From Octopus bimaculoides (lineage: Eukaryota), in contig NC_068994.1 of NCBI RefSeq assembly GCF_001194135.2, forward strand, positions 23,704,372-23,768,176: 63,805 bases of DNA, in the 5' to 3' direction. The notes beneath the pieces are model-generated. The model did no database searches and was not told the origin of the DNA. It worked only from the letters and a program-made list of their open reading frames with translations. Below are positions 13,399 through 26,057 of the stretch, one piece after another. The stretch's first letter is position 1, and each line of letters begins with the position of its first letter. Position numbers and translations under genes: made by a program.

Positions 13399-14314
13399 NN
13401 NNNNNNNNNNNNNNNNNNNNNNNNNNNNNNNNNNNNNNNNNNNNNNNNNNNNNNNNNNNNNNNNNNNNNNNNNNNNNNNNNNNNNNNNNNNNNNNNNNNN
13501 NNNNNNNNNNNNNNNNNNNNNNNNNNNNNNNNNNNNNNNNNNNNNNNNNNNNNNNNNNNNNNNNNNNNNNNNNNNNNNNNNNNNNNNNNNNNNNNNNNNN
13601 NNNNNNNNNNNNNNNNNNNNNNNNNNNNNNNNNNNNNNNNNNNNNNNNNNNNNNNNNNNNNNNNNNNNNNNNNNNNNNNNNNNNNNNNNNNNNNNNNNNN
13701 NNNNNNNNNNNNNNNNNNNNNNNNNNNNNNNNNNNNNNNNNNNNNNNNNNNNNNNNNNNNNNNNNNNNNNNNNNNNNNNNNNNNNNNNNNNNNNNNNNNN
13801 NNNNNNNNNNNNNNNNNNNNNNNNNNNNNNNNNNNNNNNNNNNNNNNNNNNNNNNNNNNNNNNNNNNNNNNNNNNNNNNNNNNNNNNNNNNNNNNNNNNN
13901 NNNNNNNNNNNNNNNNNNNNNNNNNNNNNNNNNNNNNNNNNNNNNNNNNNNNNNNNNNNNNNNNNNNNNNNNNNNNNNNNNNNNNNNNNNNNNNNNNNNN
14001 NNNNNNNNNNNNNNNNNNNNNNNNNNNNNNNNNNNNNNNNNNNNNNNNNNNNNNNNNNNNNNNNNNNNNNNNNNNNNNNNNNNNNNNNNNNNNNNNNNNN
14101 NNNNNNNNNNNNNNNNNNNNNNNNNNNNNNNNNNNNNNNNNNNNNNNNNNNNNNNNNNNNNNNNNNNNNNNNNNNNNNNNNNNNNNNNNNNNNNNNNNNN
14201 NNNNNNNNNNNNNNNNNNNNNNNNNNNNNNNNNNNNNNNNNNNNNNNNNNNNNNNNNNNNNNNNNNNNNNNNNNNNNNNNNNNNNNNNNNNNNNNNNNNN
14301 NNNNNNNNNNNNNN

Positions 14315-14371
<57 letters not shown>

Positions 14372-14399
14372 TATTTATGTATGTATCTCAGACCCAAAC

Positions 14400-14915
14400 A
14401 TTCAGACATCATTATACACCTCTGGGTACAATGCACTTCTAATTCAGACATAATTGGCCCATTCTTTTCCATCCTGACCGAAATTGCTTGACTAAATCAA
14501 CTTCCCATCGATGTTGAGAGCTTCCACGTGGCCTTTTCCGATCTCTTGGATACCATTCGGTAACTGCAAGGTCCACCTATTATTTGTGAACCATGACACA
14601 TTTCTAGCACAGCAGAACTTGTGCTTTCGGCACTCTGCGACCGCAATTTTCACTCCACTCCTTTATTGAAGTATTTAATTTCGAATGTGCTCTTTTAATG
14701 ATATTCCTAGTATGAATTTTTTCATGGCCATTTGCGTCGTAGTCAATCGATTTTCTATCTCATAGAGAATATGATCAGAATGGAACGTATTTAATTCAGT
14801 AAAGGATGTGCCCCAAATAAAGCTAGACAATGCTATAGTGCCAGGCACTTCAATAGCACCGTCCTACCTGCGCTCTTATACGCAAGTGATACTTGGGCTA
14901 CTACGAAGAGGATAG
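14400..14915. mobile_element. RTE-clade LINE remnant (a second family) with 5' inversion
   Basis: 14760-14400 on the minus strand gives ENRLTTTQMAM...VTEWYPRDRKRPRG...RWEVDLVK. 14763-14915 on the plus strand gives the segment that immediately precedes it in RTE ORFs (WNVFNSVKDV...HFNSTVLPALLYASDTWATTK). Confidence 0.8.
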
Positions 14916-14935
14916 TCTGTTAAAGTCTGTCATAC

Positions 14936-14977
14936 AGGCCATGACGAAGGGAAATAGCCCTGAAACTCGAGTCGCCT
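14936..14977 (+). ncRNA. Type-I hammerhead motif with a 1-nt insertion in the core
   Basis: AGGC-C(A)TGACGA-AGGG(aaatag)CCCT-GAAA-CTCGAG-TC-GCCT. Stems I and II are perfect, stem III is palindromic, and the cleavage triplet is GUC. Confidence 0.65.
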
Positions 14978-16604
14978 TTATATATTTATATTTATATATT
15001 TATATATTTGATCCTTTATATTGAACACTCAATATTTCATCTACATTCAATACTTTCTTTCATGGTGCCATCCATTTTTATTTTATTTTATATTGTATAT
15101 TGTATATTATATTATATATTGTATATTCCATATTCTATATCCCACATTAGTTCTGCAGGAATATAAATAAAACATAAGAAACAGACAGTGTTGGAACTCT
15201 TTTAAGCAAAATAATATATTCCTCTATACACNNNNNNNNNNNNNNNNNNNNNNNNNNNNNNNNNNNNNNNNNNNNNNNNNNNNNNNNNNNNNNNNNNNNN
15301 NNNNNNNNNNNNNNNNNNNNNNNNNNNNNNNNNNNNNNNNNNNNNNNNNNNNNNNNNNNNNNNNNNNNNNNNNNNNNNNNNNNNNNNNNNNNNATATATA
15401 TATATATATATAATATACATATTTTTTGTATGAGTGTGTTTGTATGTGCTTACGTGCGAGTGTGTGAGAGTGCGTGCAAGTGCATGCAAGTGCGTGGGAG
15501 TTTGTGCGATTGTGTTCATGTGTATATGTATGCATATGTATGCATATATGTATGTTTGTGTATGGAATGTACTCTCTTTGTCATCCCCAGCAGATTTTAC
15601 TCTTAACAATGCTACAAATATGTAAAGCCAACAAAAACATAAATGCAAAGGATACAAAAGATAGAGAACATCTATGTTTAGTATAAGTAAACAACTAAAG
15701 GAAAACACCACAAAAATGTAATTTCTAAATATTTTACAGCTTTCCGTCTTCCGTAACTTAATAATTATCGTTTAAACGAAGTAATTTTTTCACATTCGTT
15801 AAATTTACTAAAGCAAATTTCCATTTAGGCTTTTACACTTTATTCTTTTATTTTATTTATTGTTACTCTTCTTTGGTCTCTTCAAAAGACGAGTTCTGAG
15901 AACAATGTTCTGTTACGCATTTTATCGGAGAAATGTTAACGAGTAGATTAATCGGTTAAAAGACGAACGCAGAGAAAATTCATTGATAATTTGATATTGA
16001 TTACTGTGGCAGTAAGCTTTGGCAGACAAGTCTCTACAACAGTCTAACGTAAATACATGAGATATGACAAATAAAAACTTTAGCCTTTTTTGTACTTCGT
16101 GTGTGTATAAACATTAAATCTTTCTGTATGATTGAAGCACTATATTTGACAGAACATTAGTAATATCTCAATTATAATGCAGGCAATCACCAGAGCAAAT
16201 CATTGGTATATAGTTGCTGTGTAACTGATGCAACATAGGAAAAACAAAATAACAAAGGTATACAATGGATTACAAGAAATAACAATATAATTGAAGTTTA
16301 CAATGACAAGAAAAAGACGAACTGTCAATCGAATCGAATTGTACATCTCTCTCTCTCTCTCCCTCCCTCTCTCTTTCTCTCTCTTTATGTATGTACACCT
16401 ATGTATATGTATGTACACACACATATTCACACACATACACGCGTAGAAATATATACATATATATACGTATATATATATATATATATNNNNNNNNNNNNNN
16501 NNNNNNNNNNNNNNNNNNNNNNNNNNNNNNNNNNNNNNNNNNNNNNNNNNNNNNNNNNNNNNNNNNNNNNNNNNNNNNNNNNNNNNNNNNNNNNNNNNNN
16601 NNNN

Positions 16605-16874
16605 GTTTTAGGGAAAATAACCAAGTTTCAAGAACTCATCGATGAAAATCCACTATCACATATAGAAAAATTAACAATTAAAAGCACAATAAATGAGTAT
16701 AATATAAAACAAAGTAAATATCATAAGATAAATATAAGATATTATCTTTATCTTATGATATTTACTTTGTTTTATATTATACTCATTTATTGTGCTTTTA
16801 ATTGTTAATTTTTCTATGTGTGATAGTGGATTTTCATCGATGATTTCTTGAAACTTGGTTATTTTCCCTAAAAC
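16605..16874. repeat. Near-perfect 270-bp palindrome
   Basis: 128-bp arms (16605-16732 and 16747-16874), 2 mismatches, 14-nt centre that itself pairs further. Left arm ends at a gap. Confidence 0.92.
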
Positions 16875-17198
16875 TATATATTTTACATATATTTTATCTA
16901 TAAAGCTCAATTTAATTTTGATTTTTTATAAATTGATTTTAATTGAGATTTTACCTGTAATTTTGGGTTTTGTCCCTATTATATATATATATATATAACT
17001 AAATAATAGAGGTGGCTTATTCACTATTTACAACCGAAGGGCAGAACTTTAGACATCACTAAAGTGACTAAGGGTACTTATTGGGACCAGCATCGTTAGA
17101 AATAAGAGTTACAACAACTCTCAGCCAACTAGCATCCTCTGTCACTTTTGTGACGCCTATAGTTCTGCCTTTCGGTTGCATGTATGTATGTATGTATG

Positions 17199-17245
<47 letters not shown>

Positions 17246-18227
17246 NNNNNNNNNNNNNNNNNNNNNNNNNNNNNNNNNNNNNNNNNNNNNNNNNNNNNNN
17301 NNNNNNNNNNNNNNNNNNNNNNNNNNNNNNNNNNNNNNNNNNNNNNNNNNNNNNNNNNNNNNNNNNNNNNNNNNNNNNNNNNNNNNNNNNNNNNNNNNNN
17401 NNNNNNNNNNNNNNNNNNNNNNNNNNNNNNNNNNNNNNNNNNNNNNNNNNNNNNNNNNNNNNNNNNNNNNNNNNNNNNNNNNNNNNNNNNNNNNNNNNNN
17501 NNNNNNNNNNNNNNNNNNNNNNNNNNNNNNNNNNNNNNNNNNNNNNNNNNNNNNNNNNNNNNNNNNNNNNNNNNNNNNNNNNNNNNNNNNNNNNNNNNNN
17601 NNNNNNNNNNNNNNNNNNNNNNNNNNNNNNNNNNNNNNNNNNNNNNNNNNNNNNNNNNNNNNNNNNNNNNNNNNNNNNNNNNNNNNNNNNNNNNNNNNNN
17701 NNNNNNNNNNNNNNNNNNNNNNNNNNNNNNNNNNNNNNNNNNNNNNNNNNNNNNNNNNNNNNNNNNNNNNNNNNNNNNNNNNNNNNNNNNNNNNNNNNNN
17801 NNNNNNNNNNNNNNNNNNNNNNNNNNNNNNNNNNNNNNNNNNNNNNNNNNNNNNNNNNNNNNNNNNNNNNNNNNNNNNNNNNNNNNNNNNNNNNNNNNNN
17901 NNNNNNNNNNNNNNNNNNNNNNNNNNNNNNNNNNNNNNNNNNNNNNNNNNNNNNNNNNNNNNNNNNNNNNNNNNNNNNNNNNNNNNNNNNNNNNNNNNNN
18001 NNNNNNNNNNNNNNNNNNNNNNNNNNNNNNNNNNNNNNNNNNNNNNNNNNNNNNNNNNNNNNNNNNNNNNNNNNNNNNNNNNNNNNNNNNNNNNNNNNNN
18101 NNNNNNNNNNNNNNNNNNNNNNNNNNNNNNNNNNNNNNNNNNNNNNNNNNNNNNNNNNNNNNNNNNNNNNNNNNNNNNNNNNNNNNNNNNNNNNNNNNNN
18201 NNNNNNNNNNNNNNNNNNNNNNNNNNN

Positions 18228-18285
<58 letters not shown>

Positions 18286-20288
18286 TGTGTGCGTGTGTAG
18301 TGGAGGCGCGTGGTTTAATAGTTTAGGGATTGAACTCCTGTTTGTAAGATTATAGTTTCGTATCCTTGACCAGGGAAGACACTTCATTTTACGTTGCTCC
18401 ATTCCGCTCGGAGGGGTGGAGAGGGTGGGTTGTATACATCAGAGAATCCTGATCTACGAGTTTATATAACTCGGGAAAGAGCTTTTTAGCCTATATGTGT
18501 GTATACATATATTTTTATGTATGTACATTTATATATGTCATTTTTAAATATATAATATGTATATACATATATTTATGTGTGTGTATTTATATACCTACAT
18601 GAAGCTACAGAAACGAATGAATTCGATCCTTTTTCAGGTTAGAACCTCAACGAAGCTATTCCAATTATCTCACATAAATTCATTTTGTCAAAAGTTGTAA
18701 CATTTCTATTTACATTTGTACCTTCGCTTGTTATTTATATTGATTTCTCTCGTAATAACAAAGCCATCAGTTTTATTATATGTGTGTTGTCGATAATGTC
18801 AGCAATACTCTTCAAGTGGAACTATTTTATTGAATCTAGAAACGTAAAAGGCAATGCAGACACAGGTGTGATTCGAAATCAGAATGTAATGTGAGGAAAC
18901 TAAATACAGACGTAATATTAATATAAGAGTGAAACCAAGCGTATTCTATTCAGCCTCATCTCATTCCATATGCATATCTTAATCTATCTCTCTCCATCCA
19001 TATACACCCTCCTATCAACGTATTCATATTTTTATCCATATATAAATTAAAGAAACGCATATAAATCTGAGAAAATTTACATTTCCTTTATTTTAAAATG
19101 ATTTCATTTTCAAACTTCAATTACCACTGCTACTACTTGTATTTTGCTTTTAGTGACTTCTGCCTCCACTTAGATTCCATTATATTAGATAGAGTAGCGA
19201 TATAATTGGTGTTTTGTGAATATCAAAAGACGTACAGATGCACCAGCTGAATTTTCCTTTTTAGTTACGATACTAATTAATTGGAAATGTGTCTTTAGTG
19301 CTTGCTGCCACAGCAACTAGTATCGGTTTATTTCAATAAATGTTAACACAAAAGTTACTAGTAATACATTTGAAATGACGAATGTTTCTATTTATTTGTT
19401 TTGTAATTTAAATAGCTGATACAAAGTCTAAATCGCTTTTTGCTTTTGTTAATGCAGAGCCGCTCCGATATTTCATCTCATGCCAATACACCAAGATTCT
19501 TCCTTCTATTTTCAATATTAATCTTTCAAATACACTTTTATAAATATTCAGAATATTTCTGTTGATGGCTGCTCAGTTAATCTATCATACAAATTCTATC
19601 ACTTCACAATAAAAATACAGAATTAAGAATAAATATTAACAATATCATCTTCGTCTCTTGAAAATATCTTGTCATGAACTGTCTGAACAGCTAGTTTAAA
19701 CGGTGAAAGTCTAGACCAAAATATATGAAGTCGTTATTTGGTTCCTAAAACTAGACTCAAACACATATGAAGTAAAATAGTGTTTTCAGAAAGAAAATTT
19801 AAAATGATACACAAGGAAAATATAGATATTTTCGTATTAATCTAAATTGGACTTTCACAATGAATTTTCTTTCTAAATTCAAGCAAACAAAATCACTTTT
19901 AGTGCACAGAAAGTGAATGGAAAGTACGTGGAACAAATTTGAAGTTGTGGAATAAGATTAGATATCAGAACCGGAGATATATAGGGCAAGCGAATATATA
20001 TAAACGAATATATATTTATTGTAAAGCAGTTCATTTCTATTTCAACTGGTTATGTAGGAATCTGCTACTATAAACATTTTTCAGGAAATGCATATCCATA
20101 TATTCGTACGTAGTATATCTAAGGCTATCTCATTATTACATGCACAAGGCAATGGTTTACGCCAGTTATGTTTATACACAAATTTACTAAATTTATAAAT
20201 ACTGTGACGGCTAAAAGTTATGGAGTTATCCAATAGTTAATTTTAGTAATAAAAATAAACGCCACTGACGCACCAGTAATTTATTTAG

Positions 20289-20467
20289 TAACAGCCAAAA
20301 ATACGTCAAATATTCATATCAGTCTAGCCGATACAGTTATACGCTTAATAACAGTGACTTTAAATACAGTTTCACAGTGGTCAGCTACGGGTATGGTAAT
20401 GAATTGTTACAAGAATATAATGACGCTTTAGGTTGGGGTCCAGACGATCCCCTTCTTCCTGTCCACA
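20289..20467 (+). CDS. Candidate exon of an unidentified plus-strand gene: NSQKYVKYSYQSSRYSYTLNNSDFKYSFTVVSYGYGNELLQEYNDALGWGPDDPLLPVH
   Basis: 59 open codons, CTGAC branch-like motif upstream of ATTTATTTAG|, donor ACA|GTAAGA. Alternative acceptor TTTCACAG| at 20378. No family recognised. Confidence 0.45.
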
Positions 20468-20901
20468 GTAAGATTGTATAAACACGACGGACGTTACAAC
20501 TATAAAATGTATCCAATAAATCTAATTAATTTAGAAACGCAGTGGGGTGGTGGTAAAAATCTATGGATTTACTCTGTACTAAAGTTTTATTAGAAACATA
20601 ATCATGTATTCAAAAATGAAGGAATTAGCACAAAACTTACATAAATAGGTTATAATATACAATATCACTTATTGCCTTTGTATATATTTATATAATATTG
20701 CATATATGGCCCCGAACCGAGATGCTGTGGGCTCTCCACTTTATAATTAAATGATACTAATGGACCAATGGGCTTCCTAGGTTACAGTAACCATGGTACT
20801 TGCATTAAGTTAGTTATAGCCGTAAAAATACAGCGTGTATTGACCAATTAAACATGGCGAATCTCATTCATCACCAAATCTAACTATAACCACCAATTTC
20901 T

Positions 20902-20936
<35 letters not shown>

Positions 20937-21405
20937 TGTGTGGGGGGAGAATAAAGAGGGAGAGAAATGCAGTATTGACTGATACACCCAAGAATAAAGG
21001 CAGAGTTGTAATCGTAGGGATTTAAACTTGAGAGCACACGTCAAATACTTCAACCTCTCTAACGACTCTGCAAATTCTTATATATATTATCACATACAAG
21101 CACACACACATAAACACACATGCAAGCACACGCACCCATATACACGCACACGCACGCACACATATAAAGAAGGCGAGAGAAAGTAATGACTGTATAGACA
21201 GAACTCGCGCTGTTACAGTAAAGTGTGTGAGACAGAGTGTGTGTGTATTATACATATATACGTATGTACGTTTGTGTGTGAGTGACTGACAGATAAAGTG
21301 GTTATGATAGATTCCCGGCTTATCAAATATGCCAACATCAATGGCGAAAAAACATTAAAATATTTTAATGTAAAACAAATACTAGAAATATACGTAACCA
21401 AATAT

Positions 21406-21838
21406 CCTTGTCTACTCTAGGCACAAGGCCCGAAATTTTTGGGGAGGGGAGCCAGTCGATTAGATCGACCCCAGTACGCAACTGGTACTTAATTTATCGA
21501 CCCTGAAAGGATGAAAGACAAAGTTAACCTCGGTGGAATTTCAACTCAGAACGTAAAGACAGACGAAATACCGCTAAGCATTTCACCCGGCGTGCTAACG
21601 TTTCTTATTTCTTTACTGCCCACAAGGGGCTACACACAGAGGAGACAAACAAGGACAGACAAACGGATTAAGTCGATTATATCGACCCCAGTGCGTAACT
21701 AGTACTTATTCAATCGACCCCGAAAGGATGAAAGGCAAAGTCGACCTCGGCGGAATTTGAGCTCAGACCGTAGCGGTAGACGAAATACCGCTAAGCATTT
21801 CGCCTGGCGGCCTAACGTTTCTGCCCGCTTGTCGCCTT
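21406..21838 (-). mobile_element. Two adjacent SINE family A copies with different tails
   Basis: 21406-21604 and 21605-21838, same orientation. Confidence 0.85.
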
Positions 21839-21942
21839 TACGTAACCAAATATCGACTAAGAAAGTGTAACATTTATAAATGTGTTTCTCGAGCATTCAT
21901 GTAATTCGTCAATTTCGTTTTGTAGAATTGTCTATTCTGTAG

Positions 21943-22018
21943 CGCAATTAGACATCTACATGCGCGATTACCATACAGTTCATCAAATAAGCAGCTTCTT
22001 CTACCCTCTCAGTGACAT
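21943..22018 (+). CDS. Candidate exon (T)QLDIYMRDYHTVHQISSFFYPLSD; alternative acceptor at 21926
   Basis: Acceptor TCTATTCTGTAG|, weak donor AT|GTTAAA. Phase 1 to 2 links the 20467 and 22204 candidates. Confidence 0.25.
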
Positions 22019-22203
22019 GTTAAATACATGATTTGCCAATGTAATAGCATCTATAGAATATTTGTTTTCTTGCTACTTATCAGCTTTTGTTGTTCTGTAA
22101 CCGATGACTGTCTGCTTGTGTGTCAATAAGTAAATTGATTTCATGTTAGTAACAATTTGGACAAACCATTTCAGAAGATTATTATCTCCTTTTCCGTACG
22201 TAG

Positions 22204-22276
22204 CAAATGGAAAGAAACTCTCCTCTTAGTTCAAGCAGTACACAATTTCATGATTTTCTGGGGAGGATATAGAAAG
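22204..22276 (+). CDS. Candidate exon KWKETLLLVQAVHNFMIFWGGYRK
   Basis: Acceptor TCTCCTTTTCCGTACGTAG|, donor AAG|GTGAAT. Only one frame is open (phase 2 to 0). Confidence 0.3.
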
Positions 22277-22812
22277 GTGAATTGTTCTCCCAGTCAGTTT
22301 AGATAGTCACTTTCTTTATATGAAGTATCTGACACATTCCAGTTTAAACACCTTTCAATTCCTATTAACACAGACTTCTATTTGACGTGCGTTTCTAAAT
22401 TATGATGCATATGGTATAATAGTCTTTTATAAAATTTTAATCTGCTTTCATCTTGTTTCGTCTATATAAAGAGTACATATTGATATTCTTGTGCATCTGC
22501 TTCATTTCACTTTTTCTATTTAATGATTTTCTGTAAACATTATTTAAGTATGCATGATATTTAACATATCGTGCAGAGATACATACCTATAACATAGAAG
22601 AAATCATCGCATTTTCTACAACATATCAACTGAATTGAGCGAATCGGCAAAGGCGTTAGAGGATAAGTTAAAACGTTCTGAGTTCAAATCCCGTCGAGTT
22701 GAACTCTGTCTTTATCCTATCAATCAAGGGCACTGGATTGGTGGAATTTTTAGAGAGTTGGGCAAAATATTTAAATTTTATCGAGCACGACTTTCGAAAA
22801 TCACGCAAATAA

Positions 22813-23027
22813 TATTGATTTCAAATATTGGCACAAGGCCAGAAATTCCGGAGTAATGCATTAGTCGATTACATCGATCCCAGTGTTCAACTGGTACTTA
22901 TTTTAACGACCCTGAAAACATGAATGGCAAAATCGACCTTGGTGGCATTTAAACTCAGAACGTAAAAGACAGAATGCTACTAAGCATTTTTACTAGTATG
23001 CTAACGATTCTGCCAGATCACCGCCTT
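22813..23027 (-). mobile_element. SINE family A, diverged
   Basis: Consensus match. Confidence 0.75.
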
Positions 23028-24530
23028 AACGACGCAAATAATATTGAAAATAAAATAAATAGGTCACCGAAAAAATAATAATGTAGACGTTAGTTTCATG
23101 AAGAGATATTTTTAAAAGGAAATTATACATTGTCCTAATTATATATATATATATATATATATGAGATGAAACATGTACAGTGATAGATATGTGATCATGA
23201 AATAAAATATATACTGAGGCCAAAGTTGGTTATGCGTTCATATTTAGGCGTGTTCTGTATTTTTCAATAAATAAATTTTCTTTATTTAAACGATCTTGTA
23301 CAGAGATTGTTTCTTTGCATTGGTAGAATTTTTTATAATCTAATGATATATCATATTTTTTTCAATGATAGCTGACAGAAAGTAATTATAGGAACATTGC
23401 TGATGTTAGCGAAATAATAAAAGCAGGAATTAAAAATTGAACGCACTCTAAACCGAGCCACAGCACTCAAATAAACTCTATGCCTTATGGCTCTGTTTAC
23501 TGAAACAACTAAAACACGGTTTGCTTTTCAGTATTGCTGCCTTTTAAGAAACTACGTTTTCCAATTCCTTAAAAAAAAATTTTACTGATATTCTCATGAA
23601 AAACTTACTTTCAAAATAATTGTACAAGAGAAAGCATATATCTTATATTAATAGCTTCTAATATTATACTTTATATCTATATATATGTATATATACACAA
23701 CTATGATTTTACCCGACCTATCAACATTATAATGTTGATATATATATATATATATAATGTTGATATATATATATATATATATATACATAGGGAGAAAAAG
23801 AGAGAGAGAGAGAGAGTAACAATAAAGCGTTACGATCTACTTAGGTATGATGTTCATGAAACTAACTACTTCAGTTGTGAGATTTGGTGGGAAATTGAGA
23901 TATTCACTATCAATCTATTGATTAAATTTGTTTGTATACTGCCTGGTCATCAGTTTCTGCAAGAGGTTGATAGCGATTTCGGGAGATATAGTAACAAATA
24001 GGTTAATTTAATGCAAATGCATTTTTTGTCATCTTTTTGTTAAGTTTTATATTTGTAATTTGAGGCCTTCTTTGTGGTTTCTTGTGGTTCTTTTTACAGT
24101 TTACAGTGTGTTTAATATATATTTTAAAATTTCTTTATCATTGTAGTGGTTGCTAGGTTGAAGGCTACAAACATGTGTTTTGTTTGTTTTTAATAAAGCA
24201 TAAGGGAATAGCAGAGAATAAATAAGGCATTTATATGAACATTTATATGAACACGTTATGAAACGTGGCATTTATATGAACACGTTATGAAACTATGAAA
24301 AAGACTAATTGGAATTACAAAACAAATGAGTTAATAAAAAAATGAAAAACGTGACTTCTGTGGAGAAATCAAACAAACAACCTTTCGGAAACCCTTAAAT
24401 ACTTCGTGTCTCGCACTAGTTAAAGCTGATTGTCCTACATCCTCATTTTAGGGGTTGGGGTAAATCTATTACTTCGACTCCAGTGTTCAACTGGTACCTA
24501 TTTTATCGACACAGAAATGACGAAAAGCAA

Positions 24531-24655
24531 CGGTAGCTGAATAGAAAAAGACTTTTAAATGGGATGTTTGAGATGAAAGCTGAATTGCAGGAATACTTCG
24601 AAGAAAACACTATACCAGAACTTACTAAGAACTTCGAAAATGAAAAAGAACATTC
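24531..24655 (+). mobile_element. hAT (Buster-like) transposase fragment
   Basis: LLNGMFEMKAELQEYFEENTIPELTKNFENE resembles the helix following RWLSRG in Buster-type transposases. Confidence 0.45.
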
Positions 24656-25300
24656 AAGATGAGATTTACTGATGTATCTCTAGACAAGACTGGGTTTTCT
24701 GTTGGCGAAATTCGTTTATGTTTATCTAAAGTCGACCCCTTATTGTGTACCAAAGGGCAAGCACAAGGTTCTCATTAGAGAAGTAAATTTCATTATATAG
24801 ATTCGATTCAATATCAGCAACAAAAATCTAAGTAGTTTGTACTTGTTTTCATTTTGCTTATAGGTGATATTTTTGTGTTAATAACCAACACAAATATGAT
24901 TTAAATATTTATGTTTATATTTTATTAATACAGATAGGTTCGATTTGATTTCTTATTTAAAACGGAAGCTTTATGAGGTTTCTTAAACTGTTTTTCTTTT
25001 TTCAATAAACTTGAGAAAATTTTTGGTTGTGTTTTGCTCAAACCAGTTAACAGTTGTCTTGCGATATTTACTTGCATGAAATGAGAAGTTAAATAATTCG
25101 TAAACATATGCAACCACTCTAAGTTGGGGTTCTCTAAGGTAAAGAATTTATTTCTAGGGTTTATCAAAAGTTAAAAGTTGGGGAAACACAGAATTAGAAG
25201 ATGCTATAACTGGATGTGGTCTGAACTAGAATATGGCGCAAACCAGTTTTGATTTCGAGCCCCTCCATTGCCTTTCAGGATATTATTTGTCAGTAACGCT

Positions 25301-25521
25301 AATACTCGTTTCAAATTTTGTCATAAGGCCAGACATTTTAGGGGTTGGGGTAAATCTATTACTTCGACTCCAGTGTTCAACTGGTACCTATTTTATCGAC
25401 ACAGAAATGACGAAAAGCAAAGTCAGCCCCGGTGGAATTTGAAATCAGATCGTAAAGCCGGAAGAAAAGCCGCTGATAATTTTACCCTGCCAACATAATA
25501 ATTCTACCAGCTCGCTGTCTT
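25301..25521 (-). mobile_element. SINE family A, diverged
   Basis: Consensus match; 87 bp of it are duplicated exactly at 24444-24530. Confidence 0.75.
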
Positions 25522-25796
25522 AGTAACATTCATTCTGATTCTTCTCATTATTAGCACAAAAGATACTTTTTGACACGCTGTATTAAATATGTATTTGCAT
25601 TTAACCTTATAATTTATTTTAAACCCCAAAATAAATGTTCTCCTTATTGCGTAGGACATATATTAGTAGAAGAAGCTAATTATGCAACCACATGTCAAGA
25701 AATACCTTTAAGAGAGATCGCATAAGCAAATTCTTTTACGCTTTTAGTTTAGATTCAGTGCAAGACATTATTATTTGTTAAGTTGAACACTGTATA

Positions 25797-26021
25797 CAGT
25801 AATGCTTCGCCATATCGCGGTGCACCTATCGCGGTTTATTATTTAAGCTTACGTCGATTCCTCCGTGGTGTTGTTTTACATTTATAATAAAAATAAATAT
25901 ATACAAATTATAAAAATAATAAAAACAAAATATACAGTACAGTACTGTTTCTACTTCGTGCATTTTCACCTATCTCGCGGAGTTTTGCAACGTTACACCT
26001 GCGATAGTTGAGGGATTACTG
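25797..26021. mobile_element. Tigger/pogo-like MITE, 225 bp
   Basis: TA|CAGTAATGCTTCGCCATATCGCGG ... GCGATAGTTGAGGGATTACTG|TA: imperfect TIRs, TA duplication, AT-rich interior. Confidence 0.8.
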
Positions 26022-26023
26022 TA

Positions 26024-26057
<34 letters not shown>

